From assembly GCF_009914755.1 (NCBI RefSeq), contig NC_060936.1: a stretch of 64,000 bases of DNA, one strand, 5' to 3'. This DNA is from the human T2T-CHM13v2.0 reference genome, Homo sapiens. Position 1 is the first letter of the stretch, and every line of letters begins with the position of its first letter. Under the pieces are notes generated by a model that saw only the letters and a program-made list of their open reading frames with translations, was not told the DNA's origin and did no database searches. This document shows positions 25,311-39,050 of the stretch, piece by piece. Made by a program: the position numbers and the translations under genes.

Positions 25311-26237
25311 CTCTCCCATAGAAAACCAGAAAGACCTCTCTGCCTCTGCTGGTCTCAGGTCTCATCTTCTAGGTATTTCCACTACCTTTTTATCCTCATT
25401 CCTGCCTCTGGAGAGCCAAAGGCCACAAGGTGGAACTGCCCATTTCGGTGACTTTCAGCCACATAGCCAGTTAGAAGTCATCTTCTTTTTACCCTTACTA
25501 TTTGGCAAGTCCCTGTTCTGCATCATTTTTGCCAAACCAGGTTTTCCTCCTAACGTCCTCTGGCCACAGGTTCCTCTTGGCCCACAACAAATGACCAAGG
25601 GTTTCCTATTGACAGGAAGATAAGGCTACTATCTCAGTGGGACAAGGATTTAGGGTCATTGTCCCAGGAGTGATGATGCCTCATGCTCTTTGTGACACCT
25701 CTAGGTTAAGGGCTTAGGAGAAGACTTTTGTGGTTGTGGGGAGAGTTTTCTCTCTAAAACTAACAAGACTGTATGGGAATATCATCAGCTCCTGAGGCTT
25801 CATTAGAGGTGAGCTCTAACCAGAGGATATAGGGGGGAACTAATGATATTAAGTCAACTATTCAAATGAAGAGATTTGCATGCATTTCTAAGCTCAGGAC
25901 CTGGTAAACCTGCTAGAATTTTAATAATTTAAGCTGTGGCCATCAGCATTTTTATTACACATTGATTGACTACACTGGGTAGGAAATACGCATTAATAAA
26001 TTCTATTGGATACTTCTGGGGATGAGGTGAAAGTTTCAAGATGAATAGTATTTATTTCTGTACAACAACCACAGCTCTTCTCTTATTCTTTGTGACTCTT
26101 ATTCAGCTCACATCACAGCAAATGAAGTAACAAGATCACACATTTGTTGTATTCTATGGACCCTCTCTTTCACAGAACCATTACATTACCAGGTTACCCA
26201 CTGGCTACCCACTGGCTTGAGACTGACAATTCATTAG

Positions 26238-26540
<303 letters not shown>

Positions 26541-27500
26541 CTGAACTGATATTTTTATTATCTTTTTTTTTTTCCAGTCGAGAAGCCTGAGCCTCAGAGG
26601 GGTAAGTGACTCCTCTCATTTATGCTGCTGGCGTCTGGTGAGGCTTAGTCTCGGCATTCAGGTGTGCAGATGGTTATGTGTGTGGTGGGGAGTAGAAGTC
26701 TCTTCTTAATGTTCTGCTGACTGCTCAGTATTTTATGATGAGCCCAAGTCATTTGTCTTGCATCAGTTTTTCCTCCCTTGCTCTAATGCTTCTCTTTAGA
26801 TAGAGCAAATGTATTCTTTTGTTCACCAGCTGGTCCTTTTACCTTTGAGGAGGTAAAAGAAGTAGGTTTCCAGCAGGGGAAGAGGGAGTATGAATGAAGG
26901 TCATGGGAGCATAGAGCAGGAAGAAATGGTCCCAGAGGAGTTGCCTAGTGGCCACCTAGGATGAGAGGCAGATTCGTTGAATCTGTCTTCGATGTAAGGT
27001 GATGCTGTGCCTACGGGGATGAAAGAAATGGCAGTGAGGGTGAGCAGCTTCCCAGAATACACCTGGGCCCCGTGCTCATGGTCACTTGTTGGTTGGAGCC
27101 ACATCTGGGTCTGAGATTCAGGCTGGACACAAGATTGCTGTGATGGATGTACTTTCATTTCATCACATCCTATTTGTATCACAGCAATATCAAGAAAATG
27201 AACACACAAAGCTAGATCACCATGGAGAGAAGGCAGTTTAGATGTATTTGTTTTTTCCCCCTGTATTTTTAATGTTTTGCTTGATTTCTCATCATTTGAA
27301 GTTGCTCCTCTGATGTTACAGAGATAACATTTGCCTGATGATCTCAGCTAGAAAGTGGTCACAGGAGTAGCATTCCACAGGACACTGAGCATTCGCTCTT
27401 GGGAGCACATCGTTTGTATAAGGGCAAAGGAAAAGAAAGGGCAGCCAAGGCTGGGGCGGAAACGCAGCGCCCTCACCTTCGAGAAGGAAGCATGGGGAAG

Positions 27501-27514
27501 GCGCCCTCTTGTGG
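27501..27514 (-). promoter_or_regulatory. Candidate CTCF binding site
   Basis: Minus strand CCACAAGAGGGCGC, 13/14 match to CCASYAGRKGGCRS, in CpG-retaining unique DNA; motif evidence only. Confidence 0.55.
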
Positions 27515-28473
27515 AACTCGGCTCACTGTCTAATCTGCCTGGTAACAGGCGCTCTTTATACCAACGGATATATTTTTCCCCATGGATTTGTGTTTGAAGG
27601 TATTCTTAGAAAATTTTGAGTACAACTCTCGGCTGCTTTTCATATCCACCAAGAACTGACAATCTGAAGTCAATGTGAAATTCAAAAGGTGGCATTTTTT
27701 TAAGAGAGCCAGATTAACTGTGAATTATCTCCCAAATTGGCATGTTGGGTAATTATTTTCATATTTTGGTGCAGAGCCTTTCAAAATATGGGTTTTGCAA
27801 TTACGTTAAAAAAAAAACCTACTTCTCTCACCTGTGTAGGATTTAAGCAAAGCCCAGGCAGTTTGAGGTTATTTTTAGTCCTGATTAATTATTCAGCCAA
27901 GATAATTCCAAGTTCAGCAGCTTATTTGGAAGAGACATGACAGCTGGGCTCTCAAGTCAGCCTCAGGTCAAAGCCGACATCTTCATAGCAAAACCGTGCT
28001 CTCCCCACATTTTGGGGAGAGGGCAGCGGGTTGCATTTTCTGTGGCACTGGTGTCAGCTTTGCCAGCCTGGAGCCGGTGAGTGGAGGGAGAAACTGCTGA
28101 TTCGGGGGCCTTCAGACATGGCCGATTTCACAGCAGCGAAAATAGGTCACTAATGACACGTGGCAATGAGCCAATAAACTGTGGCCAGGAGCTCCGAATG
28201 GTCTGCTGGTGGCAAGATACATTTCACTAGAACTCCAGGAAGAAAGCAATCTGCTTTCATTTGTTTAAAACAACCATAGGGTTGCAGAACTCAGAGGCCA
28301 AGATTGTTATCTCTCTCCCCCTTACCTTTATATTCCTAAACGTTCAAGTTTATTGTTTCAGTTTATCCCTTTTCCCATGCACTGAAATAACTGTGGCGCT
28401 CTTGCTTCTTTTTTGAATAGTCAAGCTGATATGATTCTTTTTTCCCCTCAAGTGCCAGGGGGGAGAATGAAGA

Positions 28474-28847
28474 TGATATGGTTTGGCTTTGTGTCCCCAC
28501 CTGAATCTCATCTTGAATTGTAATCCCCACGTGTGGAGGGAGGGTCCTGATGGGAGGTGATTGGGGGCTATTGGGAGGATCATGAGGACGGTTTCCCCCA
28601 TGCTGTTCTCGTGATAGTGAGGGAGGGCTCGCGAGATCTGATGGTTTACAAGCGGCAGTTTCCCCTGCGGCTCTTTTTCCTGCTGCCATGCAAGAGGTAC
28701 CTTGCTTCTCCTTTGCATTCTGCCACAATTGTAAGTTTCCAGAGGCCTCCCAGCCATGTGGAACTGTGGGTCAATTAAACCTTTTTTCTTCATAAGTTAC
28801 TCAGTCCCGGGTGTGTCTTCATAGCAATGTGAGAACAGACTAATACA
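28474..28847 (+). mobile_element. MaLR solo LTR (THE1C/D-like)
   Basis: TGATATGGTTTGGCTTTGTGTCCCCAC...GACTAATACA; TSD GAAGA / GGAGA. Confidence 0.92.
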
Positions 28848-29144
28848 GGAGACAATGATGATATTATCCTTTCTGAATCCCTCTGTGTTGATGCTGATGT
28901 GGCTCTAGTCGGTTTAGTCCATACCATACTGATCTTCATAAAACCGTCTCTGTGATTTGGGAGCAGTGTCATGTGTTGCTATTATGTGAGAAAATAGTAT
29001 TTTTACTTCATTTTGGGTAGTCACTCTGGATTGATGTTTCATGTTAATCTCCTAAAAGAAGAAGGGGGGATTGTAGAGAAGAAGGCTGGGAATGGCTAAT
29101 CACCTTCCATATAGGCCTGGTGTGATTCAGAACAGAGCTTAGAC

Positions 29145-29334
29145 CAGAGATTCCCAAACCAAAGTGAGCCTCAGCATTCCTGGGAGGTCCTGTTAAAACC
29201 TAGGTGGCTGGGCCTCACTCTCTTATTCTGATTCAGTAGGTTTGTACGAAGAGCCCAAGAATGTGCATTTCTAACAAGTTTCCAGGTGATGCTTGTATTG
29301 CTGATTCAGGGACCTGCATAAACCTGAAGTGCTG
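29145..29334. mobile_element. MER5A-like hAT-Charlie MITE
   Basis: TCTGATTCAGTAGGT...GCCCAAGAATGTGCATTTCTAACAAGTTTCCAGGTGATGCT. Confidence 0.8.
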
Positions 29335-29409
29335 GCTTAGGTAGGTCAGCAGTAGCCTCAGCACTGCCCCACATAAGCAATTTCCCCATCCTAGAACTTC
29401 CTCCACACT

Positions 29410-29515
29410 GCAGACAGTTTAAGAGTAGAGACCATTTCTCATTCATCTTTGAATTTCCAGACTCCAGCACAGTGCTTGACACAGATGTGTTAAATAGTTG
29501 TTGAATGAATTAATG
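29410..29515 (+). mobile_element. L2 LINE 3' end
   Basis: CAGCACAGTGCTTGACACAG...AAATAGTTGTTGAATGAAT. Confidence 0.7.
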
Positions 29516-29669
29516 ACTGAACTCTATCAGCTGATCTTCTTAGAATTTCTTACTTGAAGTGGGTAATCAGAGATGTTTTACTGAAACTCTGGAATTACCT
29601 TAAATAGGATATTGGTTGCATTGAATGTAAATGACGAAATCACTGAAATTAATATTTTAAAAGACAATG

Positions 29670-29968
<299 letters not shown>

Positions 29969-30399
29969 ACAATGGAGTAAGGAGAAATAAGGCAACATGC
30001 TCTCCTAAGGGTTGCTCAGGTTGAACAAAAGGAGCTAGGTTTTAGGAAGAAGCTGGGCAGAGGAAAGGTGGGCCTACCAAAGCGAACAAGGTGTTTTACC
30101 ACCATTTGTAATGAGAGACAGAAACCTTCTGCAAGGAGTGTATTAAGAAGATGACCTGGCACCTTTTCCCTGGAAGGTCCCATTCACTGAACCTCACAGG
30201 GCAGGGTAAGACATAGTTCTTGTATCAAGGAAGAGTTTTTGGCATGGTTTGTGACTTAGGGACTATGTAATATGTTGGTAACCAGTATGTAAACCCTGGA
30301 GATCAGCTCCTAGGACTCCTCTGATCTGTGTGTTCATTCTTTTATTTGGATGGGAACGAAGGGAAGAATGGAGTTTGAGTCTGGTTTGGTTGGAACCTT

Positions 30400-30665
30400 C
30401 CATCCCTCATGACCTTACGGCTGCCTTAGCGTGTGTCCTCTCCACGTGTTGCTGGGCATTTTCTGGCATGCCTCTTTTGTTTTTTGTGGCTTTCTTTTTC
30501 TCATGCTATCCTTCTGCTTGGAATGTCTCTCTCTACTGTCCAACCAGCCTAATCCTGGATAATTCAGACTTAACCATTTATAACTTCCCCTAGAAGCTAC
30601 CTCTCCCAGGAAGTATCTTTAGGTGTCTCTTCTCTGTGTTCTTATAATACCCTATGAATACCTCA
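30400..30665 (+). mobile_element. L2 LINE fragment
   Basis: CCCTCATGACC...TCATGCTATCCTTCTGCTTGGAATG...ACCTCTCCCAGGAAG. Confidence 0.5.
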
Positions 30666-30934
30666 ATCACTCATTCACTTATTCATTCAACAATTATCTA
30701 TTGAGTTCCTAATAGGTGCTAGGCATAGTGCTAGTCATTGGGGATATAAAGATGGACATGACATAGCTCTTGTCCTTAAGTAGCTCATTGCCTAGTGAGA
30801 GGATATAAATAATTAAACAAGTAATTGCAATACGAAGTGCAAAGTCCTCAGATAGGAGTAAGCACTGTTGCTATGGAAATACCTAGAAAGGACGCCTAAC
30901 TCTAACTTGAGGTGTCAAGGAGCATTTTCTAGAT

Positions 30935-31597
30935 TAGCAATCCCCAACTTTTTTGGCACCAGGGGCCAGTTTTGTGGAAGACAATTTTTCCACTGATGGG
31001 CAAGGGGAGGGATGGTTTCAGGATGAAACTGTTTCACCTCAGATCATCAGGCATTAGATTCTCATAAGGAACGTGCAACCTAGACCCCTCGCATGCACAG
31101 TTCACAATAGGGTTCACATTCTTGTGAGAATCTAATGCCACTGCTAATCTGACAGGAGGCAGAGCTCAGGTGGTAATGCTCACTGGCCTGCTGCTCACCT
31201 GCTGTGCAGCCTGGTTTTTTTTCTTCTCTTGTTTTTTTTTTTTTTTTTTTTTTTGAGATGGAGTTTTGCTGTTGTCACCCAGGCTGGAGTGCAGTGGCAC
31301 AATCTCTGCAACTGCTGCCTCCTGGGTTCAAGTGATTCTCCTGCCTCAGCCTCCCAGGTAGCTAGGATTACAGGTGCCTGCCATCACGCTCAGCTAATTT
31401 TTGTATTTTTAGTAGAGATGGGGTTTCACCATGTTTGCCAGGCTGGTCTCAAACTCCTGACCTCAGGTGATCCACCCATCTCAGCCTCCCAAAGTGCTGG
31501 GATTATAGGCGTGAGCCACTGCACCCAGCCATGCAGCCTGGTTTCTAATAGGACACAGACTGGTGCTGGTCCATGGCCTGGGGGTTGGGGACGCTTA
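30935..31597 (+). mobile_element. MER1B hAT-Charlie element (interrupted by Alu)
   Basis: TCCCCAACTTTTTTGGCACCAGGG...GGCCTGGGGGTTGGGGAC; 8-bp TSD TTCTAGAT / TTTTAGAT. Confidence 0.9.
31218..31530 (-). mobile_element. Alu SINE (AluSx/Sq-like) inside MER1B
   Basis: Poly-T followed by reverse Alu; TSD TGCAGCCTGGTTT on both sides. Confidence 0.95.
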
Positions 31598-31734
31598 TTT
31601 TAGATAAAGAAACATCTTACTCAAGATCTAGCAGGTTGAATAGAATTTAGCCAGACAAAGAGATGGGAGAAGAGCATACCAATGAGAGGAGAAGCTTTTG
31701 CAAAGCTCATTATTTGTTTATATGATTAGCTGAA

Positions 31735-31858
31735 GACTGTAGACTCTGGGGGCTGAGACTGTGTTTTATTCCTTAGTCTAGTCCTAACTCATAGCATCGT
31801 ACCTGGCATACAGTAGATGTCCAAGGAAAAATTTCTTGAATGTGTGAATGAATGAATT
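31735..31858 (+). mobile_element. L2 LINE 3' end
   Basis: GACTGTAGACTC...ACCTGGCATACAGTAGATG...GAATGAATGAAT. Confidence 0.7.
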
Positions 31859-32720
31859 AGCCTCTGCTGCAATGGCTGTTGAGAGTACTAACCAGTAACC
31901 TCAGAAGGTGGTGATTCTTAGAAAGTGAACCTTTGTTGGCTCAATGGCTCTCTATTCTAATTCTTGTATGCCCTTCCTATGTGCTTATCAGTTGGTTAGC
32001 AGACATTAAAATTGTGTGGGTTCTATGTGCAGGTTCATTTCATGTTCTGAGTACGATTGCTGATATGATTTCCATGTAGCAGCAAACTGCTCCAACCCAA
32101 TGCTTTGAAAACAAATGTGCAAATTCCGAAAAGAGGATTAATGCAAACAAGGTTAGAACCGACTGAGCATTTTAACACTGCATGAAATATAAACAAATCA
32201 AACTGTGTTTTCAGAAACAGACTTCTTTTTTTATGATTGGAAAAATACTGCTTTTGTTGTTGTTGTTGTTGCCTCCATTGTCAGTTGCCTCTCGAAGTGT
32301 GTTCTGCTGTTAATGGAACAGCGAGGCAGGTCTGCAGGCCCACGCGTCTACCCACTCATTGTCAGTGAGCACTGGCTTTCTGAATCACCTGGGAAAATGG
32401 GAAATGATTAACTCAAAGCAAAAAAGGTGACTTACATTTTCTGAATGAATGATAGTGATTGAAGTGCTAACTCCTAAGAGATTTGCAGAGGAGTTCATGC
32501 AAGGGGTAGAGAGCGTCCCTGTGTTCTTAGGAGTTGCTTTAATAAAAGGAGCCCTGGCTCAGAGTGGGGGAGGCAAAGCAGGCAAGAAGCAGTGAGTGGG
32601 AGAATTGAATAACTTGATTGGAGAATCCTTGTGCTACTCCTCTATGCCCTGATTGTGTGGGCTGACATCTGGCTGCAAATAGATGCTCAACAAAGGATCA
32701 TGGCTAACCACAGCTCCTAA

Positions 32721-32897
32721 CAGTGCTTTGAAACTGAGTGCACATTAGAATCACACTGCAGTTTTAAAAAATACCAACCCTAGGGCTTCATCCCAAGAGT
32801 TCCTGATTTAATTGGTGTGGGATAGGACCCAGGCATCCATATTTTTTTAAAAGCTCCCCAGGTGCTTCTATTTGAAAGCCAGGATTAAGACTAATTG
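32721..32897. mobile_element. MER5 (MER5A/B-like) hAT MITE
   Basis: CAGTGCTTTGAAACT...CACATTAGAATCAC...CTGATTTAATTGGT...AAAGCTCCCCAGGTG. Confidence 0.75.
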
Positions 32898-35800
32898 TTT
32901 GTAGTGGTTTAGGAGAGCCTCTTGCCAGCCAAGGAGTGGCTCCTTCACTATGAGCTATCATCCCTTGTCATGATCTCTCTTCCAGGACAAGAGCAGAGAA
33001 GGGAGTACAAGAAAAGAGGAGTAATTAAGGGTTTAGTGTGATCCTTTTAAAACCCCAGTCCAGAGAGGCTTTAAGAAGCACAGGTTAGGTCCACACTGAT
33101 TGATATTGTTATCCTTGAAATTGAAAAGAGAATATGGAGAATAATGAAGAGTTAGCAATAATGATGTGGCAATGGGTTATTGGCAAGGTACTTCCAGAAG
33201 GTCTTGAAATATGTTTGGCAAGAAACTCACTGATCAGATGAAGAGACCTGTAAAGTGAAATTTGAAGGGAAATAAAGATACTGAGGGAAGTGGGGAGAGG
33301 AACTGTGGAACTAGAGATCAAGGAATAAACTGCTATATGATTCATTTGAAAAACAAGGGAGGCCTCTCTGAGATCCCCAGGAGAGACAAGGAAAAGGCAC
33401 AGGGATAATGCTCACAGGTATGGATGGTGACATATGTTTCATAATTTCAGTTTAGAGAAATTAATATAATTTTTTTCAATTTATTATTTAAAGTACCACC
33501 AACACTATTAGGGTGAGACTTACAAGTGGAACCCTCCACCAGAATTCTGCCCTCCAGTTACAGATTTCCAGAAGGTGGAAAGCATTGCAACATTCACATA
33601 CTATGTTCCATCCCAAGCCTTATGAGGTCTTCAAAACCATACCACAGTATTCTTGGGGGAAAGTGTCTTCATAGAGAATATTTCAGCACTCATTTTAATA
33701 ATACATCCTTAAGCTGTTCTAATTTGTGCCCATCTCAATGCCAAATTCAAATTTACTTGAAAAAAACAAAAACAAAAACCACTAGTCTAGTTCAACCTCA
33801 GAGGTCCTAGGTTTCTTTCCTTGACCACCTCCTATGCTGAGCTTCCATCTTGTCCCTCCTGGCTGGAGCAGTTAGGTTTACCGGAGCCACATAAGTGAGA
33901 GCTACCATTGGCCTTACCTTGGAAAGCCCAAGCTTTCTGGCATAAAGGAACTCAGATCCCTTAGGACCCTGGGAATCTCACATGCCTCTGACTCCTTCAA
34001 GAGGTGCAGCATCTGTATAACCGAAACGACCACCCTCTACTTCCCTGTCATGTCTTGCTTGGCTCTGGAGAGCACAGAGGGGAGGCTTCTGTGGATCACC
34101 CCTCCACCTTGTATACACACCTCCTAGAATTGGTGTCTCACTGCCTAATTATGTGCCAATGGCTCTGATCTGTAAACAGGATATTGATATTAGATCTCAC
34201 ATAGTTTAAGCTTCTGCCAGTAGAATTTAGCTACCTTCCCGATATCTTCCTGCTATGTCAGAAAGCACAGCTCCTAAGCCCTCAGTACGGTAGTCCATGG
34301 TTTAAACTGAGGGAAAGGACTTGATCAGCTGATACTAGTGCAAGAACCTGGCTGAAAGAGATCATGAAGGCCCTGAGCATCTGCTTACAGGCCTTCCCTT
34401 TTCAGTTTTCAAAATGTTCAAAAGGGTGGAGGGCCCTGGCTTCTCTCTTATCCATGGAATGCCTTTTCTGGTGCCTTTTCTTACTGTCTCTGGCCTGACA
34501 TGCTTGGGTCAGGTCAGAGAAGGGCTTTGCCTTAATGGCATGTTTATCTTCAAATCTCTCTTAGTATCCACTAAGCCTATAGGTCTTTGATTCTCTAAGG
34601 TTCATGGGAAACAGCTAAGGAGTGCTAGGGAAGATCTACTCAGGATCTGCTCTTACCCCATTATGATGCTAGCCATCTAGCAGAACTTGCACAGTATTTA
34701 AAAATGAACAATGTCAACTCTGCTTCTTCCAGGCAGTTCTGAACTGGGGATGAACGTTCACATGCCTCAAAGGTCTTATATAATTTGGTTTCTAAAGAAA
34801 TTAGCACTCCAGGTATTTGATATCATGATCATCCTTTTTACCAATTACTCGATAGTGTCTGGAGCCCCCAAGATCCCTTGTGACCTTTGTCTAAAACTGA
34901 GAAAACCCACTGAGTGAGCAGCAAAACTGTCTTCTCCTTTTACCTCTTAGCATCTGAATCTGATACTTATCACTCTTTAAAACCTAAACCAAAATCCATT
35001 GTCTCTGGTAAGCAGTGTTGGGCATTCTGAATCTAGAATTTGGGTTCGAGTTTCCTTTGGTGTCTATTTAAAAAAAACAATTGTTCATGCAAGTCTAAAT
35101 GTTATCTGAATTTTTATTCTTCACAGTGCATGTGCTGTGGGGCTCAGAGATACTAAGTGTGATGTTTTAAACGGTTACTCTTAGAAAGAGTGACTCATCT
35201 CAACTTTCCCTAAGTGGTCATGTATTTTGCATATCTATTCTAGAATGCTCTAGGCCCATGGGCAATGCACATTGCACTCACAGAGGGCATACACTTGGCA
35301 TCTGCCTTAGAATACTCTCCTTAGCCACATCTTTATCTGCTTGACTACAAAACTGAAACTTTCCGTGCTGTTGGGGATCTGTTTTAGACACTCTCGAGTT
35401 AAAATGAACGAGCCAGTGCTTGAATATTTCCTCTTCCTGTTTGTGTAGCCTTCTGCACATAGGTAGCGATGGTAACTGCCCAAGTGTGTTGCCATTACAT
35501 CTGGACTTGCAGATGCAGAGCAGGCCCTATGGATCCAGCTCCCTCTCACAGATACCCTGGGTTTGATGTGCTCTTCTCTCATCGGACTCCCATACCCACC
35601 CCCAGTTTTTCCCTGACTCTCATTCACATCTGTAGGAGTGGGCGGGAGGCTTTAGCACTTAGGCCACAGAATCTGAAGCCAGGATGAGGGCACAGGTGCT
35701 GGCTCTCAAGTGTCCTTAAAGACTCCCTAACCAGCACCACTGAGCTCTAAGTATCTCCTTTCCTTGTGGCTTCTTCCATCCTGGCCTTTCTAGATCCTGT

Positions 35801-36020
35801 GGGTTGAGGTCTGAAGTTTTTGTCCAGCATGATCTACTTCCTGGAAGGCTGAAGACCACACAGATCCTGGGCTGATTCAGCTTCCCAACCTTCTCCAAGT
35901 GGCTTCTACCACTGGGATACCAAAAAGGGGTTGTCCACTGAGTTTTGGTTGTCAACCAAATTCAACCACCAATTTTGCCTATTCCCTTCCCTTCCATAGC
36001 CATAGGATGTTACCAGATGG

Positions 36021-36448
36021 TGATATAGTTTGCATGCTTGTCCCTGCCAAAATCTCATGTTGAATTGTATCCCCAGTGCTGGAGGTGGGGCCTGGCGGGG
36101 GGTGTTTGGGTCATGGGGGTGGATCCTTCATGGCATGGTGCTATCTTTACCATAGTGAGTGAGTTCTCACGAGATCTGATTGTTTAGAAATATGTGGTAC
36201 TTCCCCTCCCCGCACCCTCTCTCTCTCTTGCTCTTGCTTTTGCCACATGATGTGCCTGGTCCCCCTTCACCATCCATCATGATTGTAAGTTGCCTGAAAC
36301 CTCTTAGAAGCTGAGCAGAGGCCAGCACCATGCTTCCTGTAAAGCCTGCAGAATCGTGAGCCAATTAAACCTCTTTTTTTTTTTTTTTTTAAATAAATCA
36401 CCCAGTCTCAGGTATTTCTTTATAGCAATGCAAGAATGGCCTAACACA
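36021..36448 (+). mobile_element. MaLR solo LTR MSTA-like
   Basis: TGATATAGTTTG...AAATCTCATGTTGAATTG...GGCCTAACACA; TSD GATGG / GATAG. Confidence 0.9.
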
Positions 36449-37254
36449 GATAGTCGTCTTTTTCCTTCTTTAGGTACCACCTCTCCCCGACCCCCTAACC
36501 TCTCCAATGCTAGCAAGTGTGATTCTTAAAGCTTAATTGGCACCATGGGCATGGTATAATCCATGCCTATAGGTCTGGTGCAGGATGAGTCCTCCTCTAC
36601 ACTGGTCCTCAGTGCCCTAGTGGGACCTTGAAGTTCCTGAATTTCCATTCCTTCTTTTCCTGTTTAATGTTATTAAGTGAAAGAAATAAGAGGGCGATCT
36701 CTGGTATGTAGCCAGAGTTCCTGCTGCAGCTTCCTTCTTAGAAATTACCTAAGAACCGCTTCATATGTTTTTCCCTCTCTCCTGTCTTTTTTTCTACTGC
36801 ATTCTATAACAAGGTTTCCAGACTCGGTTTATCAGCAGAGATCATTCTCCTTCCCTTCATATCTGATTGGAAATTAGACCTGCACAGTCCTGTGGCTGTT
36901 GGCATTCAGGAAGGCTGGCTGGAGAGTCTTTACTGTTCTGAGCCTGACAGGAGGCAGTGTTTGCCTTGAGGCCATCAGAGACCTCAGATACCTCAGAAAG
37001 CCGAGGCTGTCTACCAGCTGCCTTCTCCCATCTACACCTGGCCCCTACCATTCTTCGTTCTTGTAGCATCTCAGAGGTGTGACCCAGCCAGGGTCAGAAG
37101 GTTCCCTCCCCAACCCCCACCTCCTCCTCCCACCCACCTCCACCCCAAGTGCTGGAGCAGTGCATCCTGGAATAGTTTCAGCTTTTTGTAACAAACAGCT
37201 TTAGCAAATGTGTGGCCTGCAACTCCAATTGGTGGTTCTGATACATGGACCTAG

Positions 37255-37925
37255 TTTTCAAAACATTTATATACCCAGGAATTTTCACATGTACATGTAC
37301 AACTTGATGGATCATCAGAAACTAAATATTCCTGTGTAACCAGAACCCCAGTAAAGAAGCAGAATATTACCAGCATCCCAAAGCTTCCTTAATCCTCCTT
37401 TCTAGTCACTCTGGATTTCTAGCAGCATGGATAGCTTTACCTGTTTATAGATCTTATACTGATGGAAGCAAATTCATAGTTTATACAATTTTGTGTCTGA
37501 CTTTGGTGCAACATTATGTTTGTTCAATACATCTATATCATTGCATGTGGTCATAGATCATGCATTTCATATATTGTGTAGTGTATGTGTGAATATACCA
37601 CATAAAAAATCCATTTTACTATTTTTCTCCATTTTTTGCTCCAGATTTTGGCCATTACAAACAGTGCTGTTGTGAATGTTGTGCCTGCCTGTCTTCCAGC
37701 TGGACATAGGTAGGTGTTTCTGTTGGGTGGTATGCAGAAGTGAAAATGCTGGGTCATGATATATGCACATGCAGCTTTGGAAGATACTGCCAAATAGTTT
37801 TTCAAAGTGTATGAGAGTTTCAGTTCCTCCCCATCCTCGCCCACACTTGGTATTTTCTGCATTTTTATTGTAGCCATACTGGTGGGTGTGTGGTGGTATC
37901 TCACTGTGGTTTGAATTTGAATTTC
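37255..37925 (-). mobile_element. Old L1M (L1MC/MD/ME-like) 3' fragment
   Basis: GAATATTACCAGCATCCCA...GTGGTATCTCACTGTGGTTTG; ORF2-like remnant MRYHHTPTSMATIK. Confidence 0.75.
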
Positions 37926-38025
37926 ATTTTGAGTGGCTCTGTGGCAGCTCAGGAATGAAGCTAGGGCATCAGATAAAAGATGTTACCGCAGACATATGTC
38001 TGTTCTCGCTTTTGAGAGATGCGGC

Positions 38026-38385
38026 TATATTAGTCTGTTCTCATGCTGCTAATAAAGACATAACTGAGACTGGGTAATTTATAAAGGAGAGAGGTTTAAT
38101 GGACTCACAGTTCCACATGGCTGGGGAGGCCTCACAATCATGGCAGAAGATGGAGGAAGGGAGAGCAAAGGGACATCTTACATGGCAGCAGGCAAGAGAG
38201 CGTGTACAGGGGAAATGCCCTTTATAAAACCGTCAGAGGCTTATTCACTATCATGAGAACAGCACAGGAAAACCCTGCCCCCATGATTCAGTTACCTCCC
38301 ACTTGGTCCCTCCCATGACACGTGGGAATTATGGGAGCTACAATTCAAGATGAGATTTGGGTGGGAACACAGCCAAACCATATCA
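38026..38385 (-). mobile_element. MaLR solo LTR THE1C-like
   Basis: TATATTAGTCTGTTCTCATGCTGCTAATAAAGAC...CAGCCAAACCATATCA; TSD GCGGC / GCAGC. Confidence 0.92.
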
Positions 38386-38544
38386 GCAGCCTTTCTCCCC
38401 ACTTTAGAGATATCTTATTTGTAGAGGCTAGCTTGAAAATCCAGAGTCTTTTAAGTCAGCCTACATTCTCAGAAAACATGCTATTGTTACTAGGCCTGGA
38501 CACATCATGAAGTATCATGCAAGTGACTTTGCCTGACGGATACA

Positions 38545-39050
38545 CTCATTTTCTCTTCTATCTACAAACAATAGTGGAGTCCTATATATGCCAGGCACTT
38601 TTCTAGGTGTTGAGAGTACAGCAGGAAACCAAACAGAAGGTAGACTCTTCGAAGCTAACATTCTAGGGGAGAGAGACAATCAACAATACAATGAGGAGAA
38701 ATAGATGGTCAGACAGTGACTGGCACTGTGGAGAAAAATAAGGCAAGAAAGGTTGAGGATCTCCAGGCACAGCTTTCAATAGAGTGGTCAGGGATGGCCT
38801 CACTGACAAGGTGACATTGGAACAAAAGCCTTAAGCTTCCATGGGAACAAGCTATGTGGGTATGTGGGGAGGAACATTCTGGAGGAAAAACCACGTGCAA
38901 ATGTCCTAAAGTGGGAGCATGTTTGAGGAACAGCAAAGAGACCATTGTGGTTGGAACCAAGTGAGCAAGAGATGATGTGGTGCAGAAAAGGAGAAGGTTG
39001 TGCTGGGCCTGACAGGCAACCCAAGGACTCTCAGTTCTGAGTGAAACATC
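38545..39050 (-). mobile_element. L2 LINE 3' region (L2a-like)
   Basis: TATGCCAGGCACTTTTCTAGG...GTGGTCAGGGATGGCCTCACTGACAAGGTGACATT. Confidence 0.8.

Larger units (their letters stand above)
30668..31710 (-). mobile_element. L2 LINE 3' end, interrupted by MER1B and Alu
   Basis: CACTCATTCACTTATTCATTCAACAATTATCTATTGAG...CATTTTCTAGA, resuming after 31605 (...GAATAGAATTTAGCCAGACAAAG). Confidence 0.7.
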
